A DNA stretch of 46,468 nt from Craspedostauros australis (Eukaryota). Of this stretch, positions 12,121 to 22,807 are shown piece by piece (position 1 is the first letter of the stretch; every line of letters begins with the position of its first letter). Below the pieces are notes generated by a model. That model had not been told where the DNA came from. It worked only from the letters and a program-made list of their open reading frames with translations, and made no database searches. The position numbers and the translations under genes are program-made. The stretch covers positions 1 through 46,468 of the forward strand of contig JALAGF010004432.1 of the NCBI GenBank assembly GCA_030167865.1. Reading direction: 5' to 3'.

Positions 12121-12670
12121 CACGAAACGGATTAGATACAAATAGTCCATACAGAAGAGAAGAGTGAGAAACCACAACCACAGCGGCCATGGTGTCAGGG
12201 ACATGATGCTGAATCAAAGCGCCATGTCATGGATGAAACCGACCTATTGATGGTCGGCTGCACGAGTGTCAGCACTGCCGGCAGCATCGTTAGCACGAGC
12301 AGAATCAGCGCATATGGAGTCAGAGTTACTCGTGTCCCCAATCGAGGTACAATCCGAACTACACTTGCATCTGTACTCCTTCCGGCTTGCTTCTCAAGCT
12401 TCCGCCTCCGTCTTGGGCGAACATTTGCATGGCGGATTATCAAATGTACGAGTAGAATCATGGAGGTATAGCACAGCGTGGCATTTGGACAGCGCCGCCC
12501 TTTGGCGCCTTTTCGCGTGCCTTCTCGAGATCACAGATTGCCACTCACGGGTTGCACATCACAGATCATACTCGTAATCGTAATCGCAGGCCACGCACCC
12601 CTTTCATTCATCAGCAATGTCATTCACAAATGCATGCGATGCCTCTGAGTTGGAGCACACACTTATTGTT

Positions 12671-12740
12671 GTTGCGCTGTGCTGCGCTGTGCTGCGCTGT
12701 GCTGCGCTGTGCTGCGCTGTGCTGCGCTGTGCTGCGCTGC
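12671..12740. repeat. (GCTGCGCTGT)~7 decamer tandem repeat
   Basis: Seven near-perfect head-to-tail 10-bp units with no spacers. Confidence 0.92.
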
Positions 12741-13743
12741 GCTTCACCCTGAAGGTATCTGACAACTCAGAAGAGATCACACATGAGATTCAGCGTTGAC
12801 GGCTTCAGTAGTTTCGACTACCTCCTCGTCCCGATAGACGGGCCCTAGCACCAGGTGGAGTCTTCGCCCGGGCAGTCTCCCTTCCCTCCCGTTGTTTCCT
12901 TTTCTTCCCTCCCTTCCTTTCTTGGATCGTATAATACGTGCGTGAACCCTCGTCGAATTGATACAGTCTGTCGAGCGGTACTCCCTGCAACCCATATAGC
13001 TTCGCTGCGGTCCTCCGCGAAATCAGCCAACGCGCTGGTAGAAGGAAAGATGACAAAGGAAGATCACATGTAATCGTTCCGCCGATCTTTTTTCATCCAT
13101 TCCCTTTCATACCAACACCAAGATCAAGACCAACACCAAGATCAAGATCAAAAGCCAGGGTCCAAGACCAACGCCAACGCCAGAAACGCCTTGTCCCATC
13201 GATCCTTTATCGGATCGTAAAGAAGTCATCGGCGTTGATGACAATCGACCGCAACAACGCACGGTTGCTCCAATAGAGATCCACGGGATTGGAAACCGAC
13301 ACAAAAAACGTGACCGGACACGTCTGTTGTGCATGGTAATGAAACATGATTGGCTGTTGGTCATGTCGTCCTAGTGACGTATGACCCAGGTTGACCAACC
13401 ACAAGGCCTCAATAATGTCCTACTGGCACAACGACATCCCCAACTGCTCCATCTTCCTCTCAGTCCGCTCCGATGGATTCATTCGAGTAACAATGCGAAC
13501 GGTGAGCCTTCCCGAATCGTGATTCGCAACACAACCAAAGACGACGATGACATCCCGCCAAAAAACCCAACGGCCAACAACATCACCCAGAACAACACAA
13601 CACAACACACACCCACAACCGCAACAAAGAAAACAAGCTCAACAGAACGGAAAAGGGATTCGCCATGACAGGACACTCGAGTCAGCTCCGCTGAAGCCCA
13701 AACGCCCGCTGCATTCTGATTCACTTGCCGCAAAGCCAACGAG

Positions 13744-14400
13744 ATGGCCAGCCTGTGGAAGAAGGTGAAGAATGCCGCCATCAAGACCAAGGTCCGAGGC
13801 GAGATCGCCCTCCTAGAACGGGAGATGACGGCGAAGAAGAAGAAGTTCGGCATCCACCTGTACGATCTGCTGACCAATGACAAGAACAAGCTGCTTGGCA
13901 TCACCGCAGGAACCCTCTTCGAGGGCAAGCAGAAGCAGATCAAGGAACCCTTCGAGCGCGCGCGCGACGACATGAACAACATCCAGGCACAGAAGGACAT
14001 CAGGCAGAGGGATCTGGATGTGCTGGAGGTCAAGGGTGCGCACTCTTTGCCCGACACCACGGCGGAGGAGAAGATGAAGAAGGCCGGCAAGCACGTGACG
14101 GACGCAGGCACCACCGCCAAGCTCAACACGCAGATTGCGTTGCTGGACCGTGAAATGAAGATCCGGAAGGAGCAGTTCGGCTTGGAAGTCTTTGAGCTCA
14201 CCCAGTCGTCGGATCAGAACAAGAAGTCCGGGATCAAGGGTGCCATGAAGAACGCCCTCTCCAACGTTTCGCAGCAGGAGCAGGAGATCCAGCGCTGTGT
14301 CGACAACGCAAAGGATGACGTTTCCTTGATCGTCAGCAAGATCGAGTCCAAGCAGCGCGAAATCAACCTCCTGGACAGCGAGATGGAACCTCTCATGTGA
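13744..14400 (+). CDS. Hypothetical coiled-coil protein with an internal ~105-aa duplication, 218 aa
   Basis: Strong C/G-ending codon bias and an ATG start. The halves align: KVRGEIALLEREMTAKKKKFGIHLYDL...ARDDM...QRDLDVLE versus KLNTQIALLDREMKIRKEQFGLEVFEL...AKDDV...QREINLLD. Confidence 0.88.
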   Translation: MASLWKKVKNAAIKTKVRGEIALLEREMTAKKKKFGIHLYDLLTNDKNKLLGITAGTLFEGKQKQIKEPFERARDDMNNIQAQKDIRQRDLDVLEVKGAHSLPDTTAEEKMKKAGKHVTDAGTTAKLNTQIALLDREMKIRKEQFGLEVFELTQSSDQNKKSGIKGAMKNALSNVSQQEQEIQRCVDNAKDDVSLIVSKIESKQREINLLDSEMEPLM

Positions 14401-17254
14401 AGACCGTGGCGTCGCATTGCAATAGAGATGGCGGTGATGGTGTGCACAAAGGATATTTTTTCAATGATGGGCGTGATCGTGGTTGTGATCGTGATGACGA
14501 TGATGATGACAACCATGTTGATCATAGGTCAGCCACCAAGCCTGGCACCACTATTGTTCTTGGAATCACGAAACGGAGACCTAAACCAATGACGACCTCT
14601 CATAGCAGGAAAGCATCTCCGCACGCCCTCTGAAGCTTGCAAACGCAAGCAACTAATCCAGCGTTTGTGCACATACAGTGAAGCTTCGAGGACCCATCCG
14701 ATGAGAGGTGTGAGAGCCAAAAAGAGAACGATTATGTGGCGGACAGAATACTCAGACCTCGTAAAAATGTAGGGTACGAACTTTGGTCAGACAATGCAGG
14801 TTGATCGCATCTTTCTACGCGACGCATGCGACCTCCAGTTGAGACGGAATGGAGCGAGACGCAACGCCATGCAACGCAGTATTTACAGCGCATGGGACCG
14901 GACGAATGTCACATCCTTGAAGAGTCTCGTCACTTGCGGCGCTGTAGTCGCATCTTTACGGAAGCAGCGATAGAAGATAGTGCGTGAGTACGATCGCGCG
15001 TACGCGACTATCATACGCCAGAGACCACACCACATCTGCCGACCAACGCTCCTCTCCCTCAAACCTGTCGTGGTTGTTCCTCTGGCATGTTGCTGCCCAT
15101 GCAGTGGTGCAACTTGCAGACCAAGTCAAGCCGCACTTTGCTGCGATTGTAAAAAGTCGGGACAATGAATATCGCTGCATAGTATAGTACCATGATACGC
15201 CTGTTGTTGCGAAGATACCTTGTCCGGCCTTGCTTCTCCCCCACTTTTCCGCATAGTGCACAACACACTGCGCCATACCGTTCACTCATTCTCCCTTGAC
15301 AACGACCTGATCGAAGATGCCATCACCGGCGAGAGTTCGGTGATCATTCAGTTGTTGATCCGCTCCAAATGTGCTGAGTGAACACAAAATGAGATCGGTG
15401 GTGTTGGGGCGTGTCGGTACCAGCATGGTAGATCGTAGAGTGCCAGACAAGTTCCGTGGCGGAAGGCAATGTGGAAAACGAGATTCGTGATAGCCAGAAA
15501 TCGAGAAGGCACTTGTGGTGGAAGGAGCACCTTTGCGCGCGCTGGATGGGCGGCTTCAAACCGAATGCCGAGAAAAAGAATAGAGGAGCGCGCTTCACAA
15601 GAGAGTCTGCGAAGGGTCATGGTGCACAACCGAATGCAGTATGCTCGTATTATACGACCTGTAAGTGCTGCACAACTTGGCCAACAGCTATAATAGTTGT
15701 AGCCCAATCGGAAGCAGTACCAGAACACGAACCGATGCGACTTGTACCTATGACCAAGTATGCGCACCCACAAGTCGCGGTGAAGTGACGGCCCGCGAAG
15801 CCATGGGAAAGTAAAGGGAGATGGAAGGTACAATGCATGAACACAATGGCCAAGGGGCTTGCGACCACACCTGTGATGGTGAGCATTGGTGGATCCTTGC
15901 GCCACTAGCTTGTATGTACCTTTACACCCGTTCCTGCTCGGACGCTACCGTGCGTTGGTCCTGTTCCTCTCTCTCTCCCACTCTCCGCAGTACCATCATC
16001 CCTGAAGTCTCCTGCAAAGAGGATCACAGGAAATTGGCGGTATCGCTTCTGTTCGCATTGGGTATGGATCGACAGAAGAGAGCGACCGCGAATGTTGCCA
16101 TTGGGATGCCATGTCCCTTCTTCGTCTTGGACTGTGCCGGTCCTCCTCGTTGCGATGACATTTCTTCATTCCTTCTCCCATGCGCGAGTGTGAACAGAAG
16201 AAGCTGTGGTCGATGTGAATGATCCTCGTAACCGGTGAACAGTTCATCTTGATACTCGAACGAAACACATGTTGCAAGAGAGAGAACGATGAGGCGTGAG
16301 AGATCCGGCAATGCGGCCGATCACGTCGCGTGAATTTCCAGCGTGTCATCGGCCATCGTGATGAGAACACGACAGCTCATGCAATCCACGATGACACACG
16401 TTGTCACAACACAACACAAACAATGTTGAAACATGTCTGATTGAGTCGTATCAGTCGACTCAATGATATCAATCAAACGTGAACCGTATTAATCGTGATT
16501 CAACTTCGCGCCAAAAATGAAGCGCCAAAACAACGAAAGAAGAATTGTTTTGGCGATTCTGAGCAAAATGGATCAATGGATGTATTCATGTGAGAATGCT
16601 TTGCTATGATGCAACGCTCGGAGTACATTCTCATGATGATGGCCAGCCAATCCAACGCGACCTTCTCAAGCCACACCTGTTGTCGGAGGCAGCCAATCTT
16701 TGTCCAACCGAAGATAAAGGATTCGTCCAACAACAACAACGACGACGACAACGACACGTCCGACGACAACGACGGCACATATCCACGCACACACATTCTC
16801 ACAGATCTACTCACGCATGTGATGATGCTCAGGAGCATGCGTTGACTCATGAGCGTATTGCACGCTGCAATAATTCAGCACCGCGCTGGAGAGCACATGT
16901 GACAGGTCACGTTCTTCTCATCCGTTCTCTCTGCTTTGCGAGGACTCTTCTTCTCTGCTCTGCCAGACTCAACTGCAATGACCAGCAACGGAAATGCGAC
17001 GAGAAGGTCGTTGCATGGCCTGCTCTGCCTCCATCGACGTTGAATGCCTTCTCATCGTCGCAGCCCCGTCTTCTGCGGAAGGTGCTGTCAGCGTCATGTC
17101 ATTCTCACAGACGGAGGCGACGATACAGTTGAACACAATTCGGCTGCTGCCAGTCATCACGAACCTTCTCACGCACAAACAACGCGTGAATCTAGCTCAG
17201 CTAGAGTATAGTAAGTACATCGATCCATCCATCCATCTCGCTCTCCGTGCAGCA

Positions 17255-18478
17255 ATGACTGCCATCGCGCTGATGCCTTGCGGCAACCCGCTGCCCATCA
17301 ATGAGGATCATGGCGCCTCCTTTCTGCAGTTCCATCCGCAGCAACCACAACTGCAACACGAGCAGCACCGCCATCGGCATTCCAACATGAAGGTCAAGAG
17401 CGAAGATCCGTCGGCAGCTCCTGGTAACAGCTGGGTGAGCTTCGCTGCAGGATTCAAGCGGGAGCAACTGGTGCAGGCTCACGATGACTGCGGCTGCGAT
17501 TCGAGGGAGGAGTCCACCCACAATGAATCGAAAGCAGCACCACACGATGCGCCGAAGCGCTCGCCGCAACCAACGCAGAAGAGGGAAACGGCAGACGACA
17601 AGCCCGATGCGCGGACGATGATCGAGACCATGAACCAGCTGCCGAGACGCATCCGGAAGAAGTTCCCCTACAAACTGTTCCGCCTGCTGCTGTTCGTGGA
17701 ACAGCGCAACCAGCAGGACATCGTGTGGTGGACGCAAGATGAGGACGGCATCGTCGTGCACGACAAGGAACGCTTCGAGCAGGAGATCATGCCTCATTTT
17801 TTCGACTCCTCCATGATCCGCTCGTTCGATCGCCAATTCTCCAACTGGCAGTTCCGCCGCATCGCGAAGAAACGCACGAGCTTCTGCCATGCCTCGTTCC
17901 GGCGGTACCGAATCGATCTGCTGCAGCACATCAAGCGCACGAAGGACAAGTCCTGCAAGCCGCGCCGTTTTCCGATCATCGCCGCCAAGGAGAACGTCGC
18001 CCGGAACTTCGCCGAGGTGCCTGCGGCGGGCGCCAGGCTCTTCCAACCGCGAGCTGTTCTGCAGCCGCATGATGGTTCAGGCGCAAGCGTCGGCGCTGCC
18101 GATGCGGCTGGTTGCATCGCGGCATCCATGCCCATGTCTATCTACACTGCACAACCGCAAGCCACTCAATACCAACCCATCGCCCCGGCTCCCGTTGCTC
18201 CCGCCTCCGTTTTCTCCCCAACCGCTAGGCCCTTCATGCTGCGCTCCGCCTCACAACGCGTCTCGTCCGCTGACGTGTTTGGAGAACGTGATCAGTTCGG
18301 CTTTGACGACTATGACCCGTTGGACGTGAAGATGGAGGCAGATTCAGACGCCATCAAGCCATTGCAGGAGCGCGACGAGCAGCCTCCGAGTCCTCCCATG
18401 CACGTGGCAGGATCATCGACGATGATGCAGGAGTATGTCACCGGAGATGATGATGATGGTATTTACGCGTATGTGTAG
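17255..18478 (+). CDS. Divergent heat shock transcription factor (HSF DNA-binding domain), ~407 aa
   Basis: FPYKLFRLL...DIVWWTQDEDGIVVHDKERFEQEIMPHFFDSSMIRSFDRQFSNWQFRR...FCHASFRR...LLQHIKR. The ORF is open from 16994; ATG 17255 (GCAATGA context) is preferred as start. Confidence 0.88.
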   Translation: MTAIALMPCGNPLPINEDHGASFLQFHPQQPQLQHEQHRHRHSNMKVKSEDPSAAPGNSWVSFAAGFKREQLVQAHDDCGCDSREESTHNESKAAPHDAPKRSPQPTQKRETADDKPDARTMIETMNQLPRRIRKKFPYKLFRLLLFVEQRNQQDIVWWTQDEDGIVVHDKERFEQEIMPHFFDSSMIRSFDRQFSNWQFRRIAKKRTSFCHASFRRYRIDLLQHIKRTKDKSCKPRRFPIIAAKENVARNFAEVPAAGARLFQPRAVLQPHDGSGASVGAADAAGCIAASMPMSIYTAQPQATQYQPIAPAPVAPASVFSPTARPFMLRSASQRVSSADVFGERDQFGFDDYDPLDVKMEADSDAIKPLQERDEQPPSPPMHVAGSSTMMQEYVTGDDDDGIYAYV

Positions 18479-18880
18479 AGGGAGTTTGCATCATAGTATT
18501 CGTATTAGTACCATGGGGCGTAATGTACAGTTAACACAATCTTAACCAACGAATAAGAATAGGCCATGATGCCGTCCAAATCAACTTCAGCGCTCCGCCC
18601 TCCTGCTGTTGTACTTTGTGTACATGGACATGCACCAGCTCGGCAACCAATCCAGCAGATCAAAACACACATACTAACCGCCAACACATCACACTCCAAC
18701 AGTACACACGTTCACTTATCATACGACTCCTCAACTACTCGTGCATTAATTTTATGTACGTACGTATGAATGTGTGGAATTCTATGATCTCTGTAAGTAC
18801 ACGCGGAACATCCCACTGCCGTACTTCACTGCGTGTCACCGAGCGACATGCCGATCTGTATTCAAGCCACAGCTCAATAT

Positions 18881-19738
18881 TCAATACTCCATCGCCTTAT
18901 CATCATCGGCCCGGCAATCGAAGCAGATGGTGCGCGACTGTCCGCTGCCGGAATAATCCTGCGTCGAGCAGAATGTGCAGTACGATTTGCGGCATGCGTG
19001 GCATTGATGCGTGCAGGCAGGACACGCCGGGCGTTCGCAGAATGTGCATGCCGAAGGCATCGTTGCCTTGGGTGTTGGTTGGCGCTGCGGCGTCGTGCTG
19101 TGTCCGAAGAACTGCAGCAGCGTGGGCTGCGCCTTGCAAGGTGCCGCCTCCTGTTGCGCGATGCGGAATTGGAGGCGACAGACGTTGCAGGAGCAGATGC
19201 GCGGTGCTGACTTTTGTGCGTCGTGGATGCTTTCCGGTTCTTGCGGAGGCGTGGCGGGTCGCGCGGAGGGTTTGCTCCACCATGGCTGCGTCGTGTTTGG
19301 CGCACCCGCGGATGGATTCGGTATCGCGTCATCGCCGCTTGCTTCATCCATATCCGATTCATGGATGGGCTTGTAAGAGTACAACGCTCTTTGCGCGCTG
19401 CAAACAGCCGCGTTGCCGAACGGAAAGGCTTCCTTGCTGATCCCGGCTCTGCTGGCGGGTGGGGTTGGCGGCACGGTGATGGACCGAACCGGCGAGCTGC
19501 TGCGGCGTTGGCGCTTGTGCCGCGGTGTCCAGCCGTCGCCATTGCAGTTGCTCCTTCCGACTGTGCCTTCCCTGACAGGAGCAAAGACAGATCTAAACGA
19601 GACAGGTTGCAACTGAGGTTGCGAAGGATGGTTCATTTGATGACCCATTTGCTGGTTTGAGCTTGAGCTTGGGCCATAGACTGCCTGGTCGTCACGAGAT
19701 GCAGCCTCGCTCCATTGTCTTCTGCGTCCGGAGTACAT
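18881..19738 (-). CDS. SIVA-like Cys-rich zinc-finger protein with PCNA-interacting (PIP) box, 285 aa
   Basis: C-terminal CTFC-ER-PA-CPAC-THQ-CHAC-RKSY-CTFC-STQ-DYS...CFDC matches the Cys spacing of the SIVA1 C-terminus. QPTLLQFF is a canonical PIP box. Confidence 0.8.
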   Translation of the reverse strand: MYSGRRRQWSEAASRDDQAVYGPSSSSNQQMGHQMNHPSQPQLQPVSFRSVFAPVREGTVGRSNCNGDGWTPRHKRQRRSSSPVRSITVPPTPPASRAGISKEAFPFGNAAVCSAQRALYSYKPIHESDMDEASGDDAIPNPSAGAPNTTQPWWSKPSARPATPPQEPESIHDAQKSAPRICSCNVCRLQFRIAQQEAAPCKAQPTLLQFFGHSTTPQRQPTPKATMPSACTFCERPACPACTHQCHACRKSYCTFCSTQDYSGSGQSRTICFDCRADDDKAMEY

Positions 19739-20280
19739 TGTTTCAATTTGTTCGTTTCGTCTTGGTTGTTTTTGTTGGAGGTGGGATTCGTATGAGAATG
19801 ATGGTGTGATGGTGTTGGTATGACTGTGTGATTGTGTGGGAATGGAGAACGATGCTGATTGAGGACTCGTGCGTTGTTGTCCTTGGTCGCTAATTTTGGC
19901 GCCTTCTGTGTGTTGTGATGTCGTTTTTTGGCGCGGAGTTTGTGCTGTTGGAACGAATTTTGAATCGCATCAAAAAGGGGGTGAAAGAACAGGGATTGCC
20001 CCTTAATTTATGGCGCGAAGAACGGACCCCAAATCTGATCATCCCCCAAATTGCGTTGTAGTCTACGCACGACTTCACGATATAGTAGAGAGGCAACTGC
20101 TTGTTCATGGCAATTTTGTGAGCGCTCCATCCGCACATCCATAGTGTAGTATTATGGCTCCTATCGTCACCAGCTCCTCCATGATCCTCTCAGGTGCATA
20201 CGAGTGCTGAAATAGCGCACACGCTCAACAAGCCAAGGCTAACGCAAAGAACTGCAAATGCAAAGCAATGAATGCGATGC

Positions 20281-21429
20281 TCAGTATCCGACGATCGGAA
20301 ACTCGTCTGGAGACAGCTTGACGGTTTCTGGTGCCTCCACCCCTTCCACATGCGGTCTCCACAATCGGCTGTGCCTGGCCTCCGCCGTGAACCGCACGTT
20401 GGCAGGCACGAAGTGCAAGCCGAGCCCGCGCCGCGGCTTGCTGCTGGAGGAGTTCTTGGAGGAACCATGCCACGTCTTGCCATCATGGATGGACATGCCA
20501 CCAGCTTGCAGCCCCGCCATGCTGACGATGCTTCCCTCGAGTTCGTCCCAATCGACGCCTTCGCGTTCGGCCGCGCTGCGCAACAGATTCATGGCACCGC
20601 CCTGAAAGAATTGCGAGGCGGATCCCACGCGTCCGTCGCCCCATCTGTGCGATCCCGGCACGTACTGCAACGGCCCCAGCTCCTCGTCCATATCGTCCAA
20701 CGCGATCCACACAGTCACGACGTCATCGGGTTCGAACATGAAGTACGGCGAATCGCGGTGAAAGACCAACGGCGATGCGCCGGGCGGTTTGGCCCACACC
20801 TGGTCCTGCGCCAATCGCGCGCCGCAGTCCCAACCGGCCAGTCGTGCAACCACGGTGCCCAAGATGGGCGCGGTCTCCAACGTGCGGAACAACGAATCGC
20901 ATTTGTGAATGTTGATGATCTGCAGCACCTTGACGTTCTGCAGGTTGCCCGTGAAGCCGATGGCGCCGCCGGGTTTCGGTTGCTTGCGTCGTTTCTGTTT
21001 TGTTGATTGGCTGTTGGCCTCTGTACTCGTATTTGTGGATGATTTGTTGCTGCTGCTGGGATCCTGCGGAGCGGTCATTGCATCGTTGTCGGCAACGTCG
21101 CCTTTCGACATCAACGGCTTTGCGATCTTGATGAGCTTGGGTGTCTTGTCGGGCTTGGTGCCGCGATCGTAGTCCCCGCGCAGGACATCTTCCAGCCGAT
21201 CGTTCAACGCATCGACGGCATGCTGCGACAGGACACCCCGAATGACGATGAATCCGTCCTCGCGAAACTTGTTCACGCAGTGCTGCGGCACGTTGCAGGG
21301 TGGCGATGCTGCTTGATCTGATGGTGCGGAGCCGTTGCTCTGGGAACCGCAGGAGGCAAAGTCGGGACCGACCAAAGGGATTTGGAATGAGATCTGCTCC
21401 TCATCTTCCGTTGCTCGACAGGCGTTCAT
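20281..21429 (-). CDS. Phytanoyl-CoA dioxygenase (PhyH) family 2OG-Fe(II) oxygenase, ~382 aa
   Basis: FREDGFIVIRGVLS, AKPPG, FHRDSPY (HxD), VTVWIALDD...GPLQYVPGSH, WHGS...N.S...RR. The ORF is open to 21681, but the upstream part is repeat-like; Met85 (21429) is preferred. Confidence 0.9.
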   Translation of the reverse strand: MNACRATEDEEQISFQIPLVGPDFASCGSQSNGSAPSDQAASPPCNVPQHCVNKFREDGFIVIRGVLSQHAVDALNDRLEDVLRGDYDRGTKPDKTPKLIKIAKPLMSKGDVADNDAMTAPQDPSSSNKSSTNTSTEANSQSTKQKRRKQPKPGGAIGFTGNLQNVKVLQIINIHKCDSLFRTLETAPILGTVVARLAGWDCGARLAQDQVWAKPPGASPLVFHRDSPYFMFEPDDVVTVWIALDDMDEELGPLQYVPGSHRWGDGRVGSASQFFQGGAMNLLRSAAEREGVDWDELEGSIVSMAGLQAGGMSIHDGKTWHGSSKNSSSSKPRRGLGLHFVPANVRFTAEARHSRLWRPHVEGVEAPETVKLSPDEFPIVGY

Positions 21430-22116
21430 TGTTGCGCTGTTGTATTGTGGTGTATTGGATTGTGTTGTATTGGATTGCACTGTATTGTTTCGTGCGTTGT
21501 GTTGTGTTGATTGGTCTGCCGTTTGTTGCTTGTTTGTTTGTCTGCATTTGGTCGGAAGCAACTCCGCACGTTTGGAACCGTGCAAGATACGATTTGTTGG
21601 ATGTTGAGGCTGTCCACACAATCCATGTGAACAGTGAGGTGCGCCAATCACGCGCAGAATCCGCCAACGAAACCGAAACATGACTCAGCTAAATTGGTCT
21701 CAGCATTCAGAAAGATCATGTAATCCTTGGCAACACCACTCGCATCAGTATTACTCCTGCATCATCCTCGCCATCGTTGTTCTAACAGACACCCTACAGA
21801 ATTGCAGACTTTTCGATCTATTCTATGAACCGAGAGAAGATTAGTTGCATACGAGCATGTAGTAGTTGTACATCATGTTATCGAAGTTAAGAGTACGGTT
21901 GACGTACTTGCGGACCCATCAACAAGAGCACATTCCTTGCCACTGCATTGCTTGCAACCATCGCGACGCTCCTACTGCGCAAGTTGACGCGACAAGAGTG
22001 AAGTGCGCCTCTCCCTCTTGTCCTCTCTTTCACTGGGCATTCAAGCATAGATGTGATGGAATGGAATCGAGCATCATCCATCGACCTTCTCGCTTCGCAT
22101 TTGTCCATACCCTCGT

Positions 22117-22446
22117 TCACCCGAACCACGATGCCGACTGCTTCTTATCTTGCAAATTGCGCAGCTCCTTCTGATACGACGCATCCTTCTGCAGGAACTC
22201 CTCGAAGGAGACGTTGCGTCCCGTGGACTTGGCCGATTCCTGATCCTCCTCCAACCGGCGCGTCTCGAAGCCCTTGTTGACCTCCAAGAGATGGCGGTGC
22301 TTCTCCTCCTTGAAGCACATGTCGAGCTCGAACTTGAGCTCGTTGCAGGCCCAGAACTTGAGGCGCGGCTTCGTGTCGTGGCAATCGCGCAGTTTGCGGA
22401 TGGCGGCCTGGCAATCCGGGTGCGGTCTGTCCAAAGGGGGGTGCAT
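22117..22446 (-). CDS. CMC2: COX assembly mitochondrial protein 2 (twin CX9C, Cmc1 family), 109 aa
   Basis: MHPPL start, CQAAIRKLRDC and CNELKFELDMC twin CX9C motifs, and KFW-CN as in CMC2. Confidence 0.88.
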   Translation of the reverse strand: MHPPLDRPHPDCQAAIRKLRDCHDTKPRLKFWACNELKFELDMCFKEEKHRHLLEVNKGFETRRLEEDQESAKSTGRNVSFEEFLQKDASYQKELRNLQDKKQSASWFG

Positions 22447-22540
22447 CTTGGCTTTTGTCTTCGATGGAGTGATGGTTCGAGTGTTTGTGTGGTTGCGTTT
22501 GATTGTGAGCTTCTGTTCCTTCTCTTCTTGTTCGCTCGCG

Positions 22541-22577
22541 TGTTGTTACGTGTTGTTACGTGTTGTTACGTGTTGTT
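22541..22577. repeat. (TGTTGTTACG)3.7 decamer tandem repeat upstream of CMC2
   Basis: Direct reading. Confidence 0.8.
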
Positions 22578-22807
22578 GTGGTGGGCGAAATGTGTTCGTC
22601 TTCATTTGTGTTCGTTTCTTGGTTGTGTGTGAAGCACTCATAAACAATCTCGATACTTCCCACAAGGTATCATGGACTGACTACGCAAGACAAACTGCTA
22701 CATACCTACTCTCCTCTGCCTGTGCGTATGTCAACCACAACACTTCTCTCCAGAGAGACAAAGCATACCACTATTCCTCAACCATATTATAACATCCATT
22801 ACATCGC

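Noticed and set aside
12671-12740. Decamer arrays (also 22541-22577) as CRISPR-like repeats
   Set aside because: Units are contiguous without spacers and too short, there are no cas genes, and the context is eukaryotic.
14401-16990. Short ORFs between the coiled-coil gene and the third HSF
   Set aside because: No recognisable motifs or consistent codon bias; treated as intergenic.
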